A stretch of 64,000 bases of DNA, from assembly GCA_963826535.1 (NCBI GenBank), contig CAWGXL010000010.1, positions 170,814 to 234,813 of the forward strand. The letters run 5' to 3'. A program made the translations under genes and the position numbers. This DNA is from an uncultured bacterium. GTDB taxonomy: Bacteria; Patescibacteriota; Microgenomatia; Levybacterales; UBA12049. Under the pieces are notes generated by a model that was not told the origin of the DNA, searched no databases, and saw only the letters and a program-made list of their open reading frames with translations. Shown one piece after another: positions 1 to 9,252 of this stretch (position 1 is the stretch's first letter; every line of letters begins with the position of its first letter).

Positions 1-2
1 CA

Positions 3-1259
3 ACAATATTTTTAGCGGTCTCTCCCTGGCATATTATGCTTTCACGTGCGGCTTTTGAGGCAAATGTCGCAACCTTCTTTTTAATTGTCGGAGTTACAAG
101 TTTTCTTTATTGGATTAATAAAAAAAATATATTTCTCGTCTTGTCAGTATTATCGTTTGTTCTTTCGCTTTATACATTTAATTCTGCCCGTGTAGTAGCT
201 CCGCTTTTGGTAATTTTGTTGGTAGTGGGATTTTGGAAAATATTATTGCAGAGGAAAAATGCTGTTATTACAGCAGGAATTATTGGATTTTTGCTTGCGG
301 CACCTCTTGTACCCTTTTTATTATCTCCGCAGGCAGGATTGAGATATAAAGAGGTAAATATTTTTTCAGATCCGCAAATTGTAGAAAAGGCTAATCAACA
401 AATCGCCAATGATAATAACGCTTGGTGGTCAAAGATTATCCATAATCGGCGTGTGGGATATGGATTATCTTATATGCAACATTATTTAGATAATTTTTCT
501 CCTGACTTTCTATTTATAAAAGGCAATGGAAATCCCAAATTTTCCACACAAGACGTCGGGCAAATGTATATTTGGTCGCTACCCTTTTTTATATTAGGTG
601 TACTTTTTCTATTTAAAAAAAGAGAAGGACATTGGTGGATAGTTCCTGCCTGGCTATTACTTAGTATAGTACCCGCGGCAGTAGCGCGTGAGACCCCCCA
701 TTCTTTAAGAACGGAGGGTGCACTGCCTACATTTCAAATACTTGAGGCGTATGGTTTTATAGGAGTACTTATTTTTATTAAGGAGCATTTTAGAAAGAAG
801 ATTTTTACTCTCGCATGCGCAATCTTTGGGGTTATATATATATTTAACATTGCTTATTTTATCCATGGTTATTATGCTCATTATGCATGGCAATACTCAG
901 GTGAATGGCAGTATGGCTATAAAGATTCGATCAACTTTATTAGGGATCATGAGCAACAGTTTGATAAGATTTTCGTAACTGATGCCCTAGGGAGGCCATA
1001 TATTTATTATCTCTTTTATCTGAAAACCCCTCCTGAAACTTTTAGAAATAATGCAAAAGTAGAACGGGATTCATTTGGATTTGTAAAAGTAAAAGATTTT
1101 GGGAAGTTTTCTTTTGATAGCAATATTAGTGGACCAAGGCTTGAAGATGAGAAAGTGTTATATATTAGTGATATGAAAAATATTCCCCGAAATGCGAAAG
1201 TTCTAAAAACTTTTTATCTCAAAAATGGAAGCCCGGTATTAATTGCATATGTAATTTGA
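3..1259 (+). CDS. GT-C fold membrane glycosyltransferase (PMT/ArnT-like, GT39/83), 5'-partial
   Basis: Frame is open from position 3 (TIFLAVSPWHIMLSRAAFEAN). Multi-TM with SPWH..SR..FEAN, PH.LR and EWQYGY motifs shared with the next gene. Confidence 0.85.
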   Translation, partial: TIFLAVSPWHIMLSRAAFEANVATFFLIVGVTSFLYWINKKNIFLVLSVLSFVLSLYTFNSARVVAPLLVILLVVGFWKILLQRKNAVITAGIIGFLLAAPLVPFLLSPQAGLRYKEVNIFSDPQIVEKANQQIANDNNAWWSKIIHNRRVGYGLSYMQHYLDNFSPDFLFIKGNGNPKFSTQDVGQMYIWSLPFFILGVLFLFKKREGHWWIVPAWLLLSIVPAAVARETPHSLRTEGALPTFQILEAYGFIGVLIFIKEHFRKKIFTLACAIFGVIYIFNIAYFIHGYYAHYAWQYSGEWQYGYKDSINFIRDHEQQFDKIFVTDALGRPYIYYLFYLKTPPETFRNNAKVERDSFGFVKVKDFGKFSFDSNISGPRLEDEKVLYISDMKNIPRNAKVLKTFYLKNGSPVLIAYVI

Positions 1260-1260
1260 C

Positions 1261-2907
1261 ATGAAAAAAAAAGTTGGATTATTATTACTTGCCATTTTAG
1301 CGTTAGCGTTTATGTTAAGATTTTGGGATTTGGGTAAGGTTCCTATATCGCCTAATTGGGATGAGGTGGCACTTGGTTATAATGCATATTCGATTATTCA
1401 GACGGGAAGGGATGAATATGGTAAATTTCTGCCGGTTATTTTTAGATCCTTTGATGATTATAAGCCAGGGCTGTATACGTACCTCGCGATACCGTCTGTA
1501 TATACATTTGGGCTCAATACATTTGCTGTACGTTTGCCTTCTGCAATCTTTGGCGTACTCGCTGTGTTAGCGACATTTTATTTAGTACGTGAATTATTCA
1601 AGCGTGATAGTTACGCGTTTATTGCCGCTTTGCTGTTGGCAATTTCTCCCTGGCATCTTCAGTTTTCCCGCGTTGGTTTTGAGGCCAATATAGGTGACGC
1701 ATTAAATATTTTTGCTGCGTTATTTTTTATTAAAGGATTGAAGAAACCATGGTTTTTAACACTGAGCACTGTTTGCGCTGCGCTTTCTTTACATGCTTAT
1801 CAATCTGAAAAAGTTTTCACTCCACTTTTTATGCTTTTGTTAATTGCGATCTACTTTAAGGTTTTGGTTAAAATAGATAAGAAGAAAATTCTTTCTGCAT
1901 TTTTAGTAGGTATAGTTGTCACATTACCGTTGATACACGCAATTGTTTCAGATAAAAATGTTTTGCTCAGAGCAAAAGGTACAAGCATTTTCCAAGATAA
2001 AGACTGGTTGCTTAAAGATCAGGTGAGCATCTTACAATATGAGGTTTCTCAGGGAGATAAGTTAGGAGTATTGTTTGACAATAGAAGAGTTCTCTATGTT
2101 AAAACAGTTATATCGGGATATCTGATTCACTTCAATCCGAATTGGCTATTTATAACCGGCGATATTGCCAGACATCACGCGCCAGGTATGGGATTGTTAT
2201 ATTTATGGGAGTTACCTTTTATATTAATAGGTATCTATTTTCTTATTTTTGGGAAATTTGATAGAAGAACAAAACTGTTTATTTTCGGATGGTTTTTGCT
2301 GGTTCCTATACCTGCATCTATTACAACTGAATTACCTCATTCGGTGCGGACATTAAATTTTCTACCTGTATGGCAAATATTTACTTTGCTTGGTCTTATG
2401 ACCGCATATGGATTTTGGAAGAATATAAAAAAAGGTATATTTAGAATTATACTAGCTGTAGCTTTTCTGGGGGCTGTATTCCTTAACTTTTTTTACTATC
2501 TTAATCAATATTTTGTTCAACAAAACTTTTATTATGCAAGCGAATGGCAATATGGTTATGAATCAGCAATTAAGAGTATGCAGGAAGAAAAAAAGAATTA
2601 CAAAAAAGTGATTGTGTCGGATTTTGCTCCAATGGATAAATCATATATGTTTTTCTTATTTTATCTTAAATACCCGCCTGTGGCTTATCAAGTAGTCGGG
2701 GTGAACAGTTCGGGTCATTTTGCTGCGCATCATAGATTTGATAAGTATGAATTCCGTCCGATAAATTGGGATAAAGAAGAAAAGAGTTCGGACATACTCT
2801 ATATTGGAAGACCAAAAGACTTCCCTGAAAAAGTAAAGGCGCAAAAAATTATTTCATATCCAGATGGTAAACCTGCGATAATACTTGTAGAAGGAGAACA
2901 AATATGA
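1261..2907 (+). CDS. GT-C fold membrane glycosyltransferase (PMT/ArnT-like)
   Basis: N-terminal TM then NWDEVALGYNAY (DE catalytic loop), RLPSA, SPWH..SRVGFEAN; about 11 TMs. Confidence 0.88.
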   Translation: MKKKVGLLLLAILALAFMLRFWDLGKVPISPNWDEVALGYNAYSIIQTGRDEYGKFLPVIFRSFDDYKPGLYTYLAIPSVYTFGLNTFAVRLPSAIFGVLAVLATFYLVRELFKRDSYAFIAALLLAISPWHLQFSRVGFEANIGDALNIFAALFFIKGLKKPWFLTLSTVCAALSLHAYQSEKVFTPLFMLLLIAIYFKVLVKIDKKKILSAFLVGIVVTLPLIHAIVSDKNVLLRAKGTSIFQDKDWLLKDQVSILQYEVSQGDKLGVLFDNRRVLYVKTVISGYLIHFNPNWLFITGDIARHHAPGMGLLYLWELPFILIGIYFLIFGKFDRRTKLFIFGWFLLVPIPASITTELPHSVRTLNFLPVWQIFTLLGLMTAYGFWKNIKKGIFRIILAVAFLGAVFLNFFYYLNQYFVQQNFYYASEWQYGYESAIKSMQEEKKNYKKVIVSDFAPMDKSYMFFLFYLKYPPVAYQVVGVNSSGHFAAHHRFDKYEFRPINWDKEEKSSDILYIGRPKDFPEKVKAQKIISYPDGKPAIILVEGEQI

Positions 2908-3779
2908 AAAAACTAACAGTTGCTTTGGCGACGTACAATGAGGAAAGTAACTTATCCGAGTGTCTTGAGTCTATAAAGGACTTGGCCTCAGAAATTGTTA
3001 TTGTTGATGGGTCATCTACAGATAGAACTATAGAGATCGCTAAGAAGTTTGGGGCAAAAGTAGAGGTTACGAATAACCCGCCAATTTTTCATATTAACAA
3101 ACAAAAAGCAATGGATCTAGCGACTAATGATTGGGTCTTGCAACTTGATGCTGATGAGCGTGTAAGCGCAGCGCTTTCTGAAGAGATAAAAAAAGTTATA
3201 AGTATGTCTAATGAAGATTTGAAGGAATATCAAGAAAAGCTTCCAAATAGAAGATTATTTATGAAACACCAAAGGTTACTTATAAAAAGAGATGGGAATA
3301 TCGGCACAGCAGATGGACCATATGTTGCTTTTTTTATTCCCAGACTTAACTATTTTTTGGGAAGATATCTTAAATACGGTGGTATTTATCCGGATGGGGT
3401 TATACGGTTGCTCAAAAAAGGAAAAGCATATTTGCCGTGTATTGATGTCCATGAGCAAATGGTTGTTAAGGGTAGTGTAGGATGGTTACAGAATTCCCTT
3501 TTGCATAAAGATTCACCCACGTTTGAGCGGTACTTGCAGCGCAATAGTCGTTATATTGATCTTATTGCAAAAAAGCTGGAGGAAGAGAGTATCAAAAAAG
3601 ATATAAAAACTTCTGCTGACTATCTTTTATTCAAACCTCTCTCTTGGTTTTTTCTCACACAGGTAAGACATAAGGGTATTCTGGATGGATATCAAGGAGT
3701 AATTTTTTCATTTTTTTCAGCATTGCGATTTCCCAGAGCGTACTTAAGATATATAAAAAAATCAGGATTAAGAAGATAA
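2904..3779 (+). CDS. GT2 glycosyltransferase (WaaE/KdtX-like beta-1,4-glucosyltransferase family)
   Basis: TYNEE, VDGSSTD, LDADER, YPD..IRL, VHE motifs; ATGA overlap with upstream gene. Confidence 0.88.
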   Translation: MKKLTVALATYNEESNLSECLESIKDLASEIVIVDGSSTDRTIEIAKKFGAKVEVTNNPPIFHINKQKAMDLATNDWVLQLDADERVSAALSEEIKKVISMSNEDLKEYQEKLPNRRLFMKHQRLLIKRDGNIGTADGPYVAFFIPRLNYFLGRYLKYGGIYPDGVIRLLKKGKAYLPCIDVHEQMVVKGSVGWLQNSLLHKDSPTFERYLQRNSRYIDLIAKKLEEESIKKDIKTSADYLLFKPLSWFFLTQVRHKGILDGYQGVIFSFFSALRFPRAYLRYIKKSGLRR

Positions 3780-3784
3780 GCACA

Positions 3785-5326
3785 ATGCATCACAGGATCA
3801 AAAGCTTTTTTGAAAAACCAATCGCTATTTTTATAGCAGCAGCGATACTATCCATTGTGCCGACAATAGCTATTTTTTATAAGATTGCAACAGGAGATAT
3901 TTCTTTTTGGTATGACCCTGCAAGGGATTTGCTTTCATCTCTGGAAAATTTACATAAACCTACCTTGATTGGTCCACCTTCCGGCATACCTGGAGTATTC
4001 TATGGTCCATATTGGATTTGGCTTTTGAGTTTTGGACTAATTTTTTCACAAGATCCCCGCCTGGTCACAATCGTAGTACTAACAATTCCTTATTTTATTT
4101 TATTCCCCTTCATTCTTTCGCGTTTTTCAAAAATAATTGGTTGGCACACTATTGCTATTTTGTGGCTCCTTTTTCTATTGACGTCACAAAAGTATTTTAC
4201 CAATCTTTGGAACCCACACCCATCTCTTCTCATCATTCTGCTCAGCATTTATTTGTTTTTTATCAAAACAACCGCGAAGTCTTTCAAAAACTCTCTTATC
4301 ACTTTTTTTGCAGGATTTACAACTGGCCTTGTCATGAACTTCCAACTATCGTTTGGAATAGGAATGCTTTTAGGCATGACCTTCTATCTACTTGGAGAAA
4401 GCATCGTCTATCTTGTTGCGGCAAAAAAGAAATTAGAAGCATTATTGCTAAGAATAAGCATCATGGTTTTATTTGTCCTAGGCTGCATTATATCTTTTAC
4501 TCCCTTTTTGGTTTTTGAATTCCGGCATAATTTTTTACAAACAAAAACACTTATTAATGCATTTACGCATTTTGGCGCAGTGGTAGATCTTACAGGTTTA
4601 ACAAAACCGCAAATACTACAAGTTTTTTTCAATCAAATAAGCAACGTTTTACACCTAACATTTATTCCGGCTATGATATCTTTTATCATTATAACCGTCT
4701 TTTACATTTATTCTTACAGAAAAAGAGGTGACCAGGTAAAAAGTAAAGAAATAAAATTGATAAGTATACTGGTCGCAATTACATCGGGGATTATGTATCT
4801 TTACCTAACTGCAAAAAATCCTATTTGGGATTACCATTTTATTGGTTTTGAACCTCTCATTTTATTATTAATAGGAATTTTTATTGATAGAGCCAAAGCT
4901 CTAAAAATTATTATAACATTATGGATTGTAGTCTTAGTAGCGAACTACACATTTGATTTTATTAAAGGATTTAGGCATGAACCGAAACACATAGAAGGCA
5001 ATCTCGCAGCAGTTGAAGAAGTAGCTAAAAAAATTCAAAAAGAAAGCGATAATAAAGATTACGAAGTTTTTGCATATAGTCAATCCATTTACATATATGA
5101 GTATTCTTATCTATTTAAATGGCTGAATCAGAAGGATGTTCCTTTTGACCCAGGCCAAGTTAGGCCAGGTTCTTCTCTTGTGTACGTAATTATTCCTAAC
5201 TCAGCAAAAAATATGTATAATAGCTATATTGAATATAGAGCCCCGGGTAAGCAATATAAAACAGCAAAAAGTTGGAAAATGAGTGATGGTACAGCGATCG
5301 TCCAGCGTGTAAAAATAATCAAATGA
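3785..5326 (+). CDS. GT-C fold membrane glycosyltransferase
   Basis: FWYDPARD, LIGP...YGPYW, WNPH motifs; polytopic membrane protein. Confidence 0.75.
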   Translation: MHHRIKSFFEKPIAIFIAAAILSIVPTIAIFYKIATGDISFWYDPARDLLSSLENLHKPTLIGPPSGIPGVFYGPYWIWLLSFGLIFSQDPRLVTIVVLTIPYFILFPFILSRFSKIIGWHTIAILWLLFLLTSQKYFTNLWNPHPSLLIILLSIYLFFIKTTAKSFKNSLITFFAGFTTGLVMNFQLSFGIGMLLGMTFYLLGESIVYLVAAKKKLEALLLRISIMVLFVLGCIISFTPFLVFEFRHNFLQTKTLINAFTHFGAVVDLTGLTKPQILQVFFNQISNVLHLTFIPAMISFIIITVFYIYSYRKRGDQVKSKEIKLISILVAITSGIMYLYLTAKNPIWDYHFIGFEPLILLLIGIFIDRAKALKIIITLWIVVLVANYTFDFIKGFRHEPKHIEGNLAAVEEVAKKIQKESDNKDYEVFAYSQSIYIYEYSYLFKWLNQKDVPFDPGQVRPGSSLVYVIIPNSAKNMYNSYIEYRAPGKQYKTAKSWKMSDGTAIVQRVKIIK

Positions 5327-6948
5327 AACAGAAAAACACTAATCCATTAAAATCCAAAAAAAATAGCAAAATTAATGCGAATCACGAAAGTTTTTTACAA
5401 AAAATTTCGAGGCAAAAATTCCTCATAGGTATTTTGGTAATTCTTTTTATAGCTACTATTCTTCGGTTTTATGATTACCCAACTCGTTGGGGAATAGGAG
5501 ACGACAGTAGCCGGGATATTGCGATAGCAAGAGAAGCTTTAGCTCGTCATGAGCTACCTCTGATTGGTTCATTTAGTTCTGCTGGTCCTTTTGTCTTCGG
5601 TCCACTTTTCTATTGGGTTCTCATGGCGAGTTATATCATACTTCCTTTTTGGTTTACTGCTCCGGTAATAGTAACTGTTTTGACTAGTATCCTAACAGTT
5701 GGCGTGTTGACAGCAGGCGGTTATTTAATTGGCGGTAAAAGATTGGCAATACTTGTGGGTGTACTTGCCACTACCGCTCCTCAGATGGTCGCCCGTTCCG
5801 TCGCTATTGGTCAGCATTCATATGTAGCTATTTCGACTGCGTCACTTTTCCTCTTTTTTATTCTCTATTGGAAAAGACGAAATCCAGTGTATGCCTTTTT
5901 GATGGGATTGGCGTTGGGAGCGGCACTAAGTTTCCATTATCAGACAATTAATCTTTTAATTTTTTTTGCTGCAATTCTCTTTATTCCAAAAGTAAACCTA
6001 GTACATAGAATTGGTGGCTTGCTCAGTATGGGTGTAGGTTTTCTTATCCCTTCACTTCCTCTTATCATTTGGGATAGCCAACAGCAATGGGCAAATTTGC
6101 GAAATATTCTTGATTATTTATTGATAGCACAATATCGTTTGTATGTCCCAAACAGCTGGAGGCTTTTCCTTTTCAATTACTTGCCTTCATATTGGTCATT
6201 TGTTGTCAGCGGTTATGCTGCCAGTGCTTTATTCGTCATGACAGTGACGTTTATTGTGGTTTGTGTATCTGCTATCAGGAGAAAAATTTCAGGTATTATG
6301 GTGGCGTTTAGTATAATCTTTGCTATTTTACTGTTCGTTAACAAATTTTATAAAGGAGAACGTTCAGAAGGCTACCTTATTTATTTATCACCGTTTATTA
6401 TTCTTTTTACAGCATGGAGTATTGAGAAGCTCTTTCAAGTATCAGGAAAAAGAATATATTTAAGATTAGGTCAGCTTATCGGTATAATAGTTCTTCTCAT
6501 TATCCTTACGGGAAATTTTTTGCAAATCAAACATTACGAAAATAGTAAAAACATAAAACATGAACTTGATACAACAATTAGTTTTCTTATAAAAAAATAT
6601 CCAGACACAAAATTTGTAATATATGATTATCGAAATAGGGCAGGAGCGGTGAGTCAGCCATTGGGTCTTTTTTTGAAATTGCAAGACAAAACAGATTCTC
6701 AGGGAATGCCAATCGGTTTTACCTGTTCCGGTGGGGATTGTCCACAGAAGCTCCCTGTAATAGCTACGCTTGCCGGCCGGCCTATTATTGATATGAGTAG
6801 CGTAATAAATAGAGATAATAAGTCGAGTAATTGGGTGAAAGTGAATCAGGAAAATATGTATGATGACCTTATTGGTTGGTCAAAGAGGCATGAGCTGAAA
6901 TCCACCTTTTCGATTCAAAATTACCTCATGGAAAGACTTAGATTATAA
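5323..6948 (+). CDS. GT-C fold membrane glycosyltransferase
   Basis: LRFY..GDDSSRD, PLIG..FGPLFYW; polytopic; ATGA overlap. Confidence 0.78.
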   Translation: MKQKNTNPLKSKKNSKINANHESFLQKISRQKFLIGILVILFIATILRFYDYPTRWGIGDDSSRDIAIAREALARHELPLIGSFSSAGPFVFGPLFYWVLMASYIILPFWFTAPVIVTVLTSILTVGVLTAGGYLIGGKRLAILVGVLATTAPQMVARSVAIGQHSYVAISTASLFLFFILYWKRRNPVYAFLMGLALGAALSFHYQTINLLIFFAAILFIPKVNLVHRIGGLLSMGVGFLIPSLPLIIWDSQQQWANLRNILDYLLIAQYRLYVPNSWRLFLFNYLPSYWSFVVSGYAASALFVMTVTFIVVCVSAIRRKISGIMVAFSIIFAILLFVNKFYKGERSEGYLIYLSPFIILFTAWSIEKLFQVSGKRIYLRLGQLIGIIVLLIILTGNFLQIKHYENSKNIKHELDTTISFLIKKYPDTKFVIYDYRNRAGAVSQPLGLFLKLQDKTDSQGMPIGFTCSGGDCPQKLPVIATLAGRPIIDMSSVINRDNKSSNWVKVNQENMYDDLIGWSKRHELKSTFSIQNYLMERLRL

Positions 6949-7080
6949 TCCCGAGCTGCATTTGAGGCAAATGTAGCCACATTTTTTCTTGTTTTTGGTA
7001 TATATACTTTTCTCGCCGAAATCCAGGATAAACCCAAATTTCTCTTTCTGTCAGCAATATCTTTCGTGCTTTCTTTATTT
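6949..7080 (+). pseudogene. Internal fragment of a diverged paralogue of the GT-C gene at 3-1259
   Basis: Translates SRAAFEANVATFFLVFGIYTFLAEIQDKPKFLFLSAISFVLSLF. 29/44 aa identical, ungapped, to the segment encoded at 42-173. No start codon. Confidence 0.85.
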
Positions 7081-7084
7081 CACG

Positions 7085-7128
7085 AAAAAGCACCGCTTCT
7101 GCTTCCCAGAATTCTGCGGTGCTATTTT
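7085..7128 (-). terminator. Intrinsic terminator of the 7148-8842 gene (potentially bidirectional)
   Basis: Stem AGCACCGC/GCGGTGCT flanked by an A5 run (U5 on the minus strand) and a T4 run, about 20 nt past the stop. Confidence 0.7.
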
Positions 7129-7147
7129 CGACGTTCAACGCTTTACT

Positions 7148-8842
7148 TTACAAAGAAATGTAATTCGCTGAAGCGTAATTGACCAAGCTTACCTTGGATT
7201 TGGCATCACCGGTACGGATCAAGACGTCACCGCCCTTATTTCCATAGTATTTAGAATACCAATATGGATTTTTGGCGAATTTGTGATTGTCTTTTTTAAC
7301 ATACTTATCCAAGTCCTGCTTCTTGAAGTACTTTTCGTAGTCAAGATGCTTAGTATATAGTTTGTAATGTTTTTTCACATCAACATGCTTTTTGTCTGAA
7401 TGCGAGTTATAGCTAACTTGCTTTACATAACTATATTTTTTGTCATCATGCTTTGAGTACTTCTTATCATGATCATCGTCTTTCTTGTAATCAGAATCCT
7501 TGTGTTTTGGATAAAGCACTAAGACGATTGGTGATTTGTGATCACCATAATTTTTGGCAAGCTTTCCCTTATGTTCATAGTCATGCTTAGAATCGACTAA
7601 TTTAGGATACGAGAAGTTAGTATATTTTTTAGCGTACGCGCCATCGTCTTCCCGATATTTTTTATCATAATCGTAATCATCATGCTTGACATATGGGTTG
7701 TAATGATCCTTATGATAGGCATCCTTTTTATCCTTATCATGATCGTATGACTTTTTTTGGTCTACGTAATTGTTATTATCATGATCTTTCTTGGATTGCT
7801 TCTTATCATAATCGTGATCTTTTACGACTTTTTTTTCATGATCATCATAGTTTATGAATTTATATGAATAATCATGATCTTTTTTATTCCCAACAAAGTG
7901 GTACGAGTCCTTGGAATAGGAATTATTGTCGTGCTTGTTATAGTCATGGTCTTTTCCATAATCAGACTTTTCTTCCTCACCCTTTTTATCAGATTCATGA
8001 TACCGATCTTTTTCATAATCATGTTTACCATAATCATGTTTGTATCGATCTGAATCGCCAGCTGTGTAACCTGTATGATTGTTGACATTGACATCGTTGT
8101 TTATATCGGTGTCATTATCTTGGTGCGCTTTCTCCTGAGAATCTTTTGAGAATTTGACTTTATTATCTGAGAATGCACCGTTTCCATGGATTTTAATATC
8201 CAGGTCTTCATCACACTCATTACACCCGGAAATCTGAGCAACGTTCAGGCCTGCCTCATTTTTTATAGAAACGTTTGCTTCAGCATCTCCCGTCTCAATT
8301 CGGACATCACCATCACCGCGTTTCCAGTAACCGGTGTTGCCGCTTGCGCGGTTATTCCCGGTATTATTTTCTACATCGACTTGTGTGTCAATGTTAGTGT
8401 TATTATTCTGGTCAACACGTGTAGTTTTATCGCTTGATAAACGGACATTATTGTCAGAGAATGCACCATTACCATGAATATTAATATCCAGGTCTTCATT
8501 ACATCCATTACAGCCCGAAACACGGGCGACATTTAGACCTGCCTTATTATGGATAGATACATTTGCATCTGCATCGCCGGTTTTGATTGCTACATCTCCT
8601 CCGGTATTTCCGTTAGCTGAGTTATGACCTGTAATATTACTTATTGACACATCATTTCTGATTGTTGTGTCATTTGATTGTCGGATAGCTACGTTTTTAT
8701 TCGTATCAACCCGAACCCTATTATCAGAACCATACCCATTACCCGAAACGCGAATATCTGTATCCGCTGAGGCTGAAGTTACGAAAACTAACCCCAAGAT
8801 TCCTACTGCTGATACCACTTTTGCTATTTTAGTTTTTAACAT
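7148..8842 (-). CDS. Secreted protein with three ~90-aa Asn/Gly-rich repeats and a 275-aa His/Asp/Tyr/Lys-rich insertion
   Basis: Signal peptide ending ASA|D. Repeats GNG..SDN.V...Q.N...TG..GNTG..GDV.I.TGDA joined by CxxC linkers. Perfect SD. Confidence 0.9.
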   Translation of the reverse strand: MLKTKIAKVVSAVGILGLVFVTSASADTDIRVSGNGYGSDNRVRVDTNKNVAIRQSNDTTIRNDVSISNITGHNSANGNTGGDVAIKTGDADANVSIHNKAGLNVARVSGCNGCNEDLDINIHGNGAFSDNNVRLSSDKTTRVDQNNNTNIDTQVDVENNTGNNRASGNTGYWKRGDGDVRIETGDAEANVSIKNEAGLNVAQISGCNECDEDLDIKIHGNGAFSDNKVKFSKDSQEKAHQDNDTDINNDVNVNNHTGYTAGDSDRYKHDYGKHDYEKDRYHESDKKGEEEKSDYGKDHDYNKHDNNSYSKDSYHFVGNKKDHDYSYKFINYDDHEKKVVKDHDYDKKQSKKDHDNNNYVDQKKSYDHDKDKKDAYHKDHYNPYVKHDDYDYDKKYREDDGAYAKKYTNFSYPKLVDSKHDYEHKGKLAKNYGDHKSPIVLVLYPKHKDSDYKKDDDHDKKYSKHDDKKYSYVKQVSYNSHSDKKHVDVKKHYKLYTKHLDYEKYFKKQDLDKYVKKDNHKFAKNPYWYSKYYGNKGGDVLIRTGDAKSKVSLVNYASANYISL

Positions 8843-8849
8843 TATTTAT

Positions 8850-8860
8850 TCACCTCCTTT
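8850..8860 (-). promoter_or_regulatory. Strong Shine-Dalgarno AAAGGAGGTGA
   Basis: tcacctccttt on the + strand, 7 nt upstream of the ATG at 8842. Confidence 0.85.
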
Positions 8861-9036
8861 CATTTGAGTGTAATATACTTATATAGCGGTTGTAAGTAAT
8901 AATATAAAACAATATTTGCTAATAATCCCGTAAGAAAAGTAAAAAGGATAATATAGATGAAGTAACATAATTACGCGCGCATATACAAATATATTATCTG
9001 TATCGTAAAATAGATTTTGAGGTTAATATAAGCGAA

Positions 9037-9216
9037 ATGAAAATGCAAATAATACATAAATTAATTTTTCCATTCCTAAAGCCATTTTACCGGCTACTAT
9101 TAACCCAAATCAGGCACAAGGGAGCTTTAGAGGGAGCACAAGGCTTCATCTTCTCGTTCTTCTCCGCCCTCCGCTTCCCCATCGCCTACCTTAAATACTT
9201 AAGCAAAAAACGTTGA
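9037..9216 (+). pseudogene. 59-codon ORF/fragment homologous to the C-terminus of the GT2 at 2904-3779
   Basis: MKMQIIHKLIFPFLKPFYRLLLTQIRHKGALEGAQGFIFSFFSALRFPIAYLKYLSKKR. 29/43 aa identical to the segment encoded at 3633-3761. Confidence 0.85.
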
Positions 9217-9240
9217 CAAACTGTAAAAAGGTTATATAAT
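9213..9240 (+). promoter_or_regulatory. Sigma70-type promoter
   Basis: TTGACA (9213-9218), 16-nt spacer, TATAAT (9235-9240), 12 nt before ATG 9253. Confidence 0.7.
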
Positions 9241-9252
9241 GTCCTATATTAT

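Noticed and set aside
4012-4518. 168-aa alternative-frame ORF (likewise 47642-48133, 41598-41972, 42666-43064 and other short track ORFs)
   Set aside because: Shadows of well-supported genes, with no motifs or initiation signals
6938-7171. Short ORFs 6938-7138 (-) and 6989-7171 (+)
   Set aside because: They run across a terminator, and the region is explained by the GT-C fragment in another frame
7244-8068. Repetitive DNA as a CRISPR array or VNTR
   Set aside because: No fixed-length repeat-spacer structure; the periodicity comes from low-complexity coding sequence
6949-9216. The two gene fragments as DGR template/variable repeats
   Set aside because: Mismatches are mostly synonymous and involve all bases rather than adenines only; no reverse transcriptase in the window
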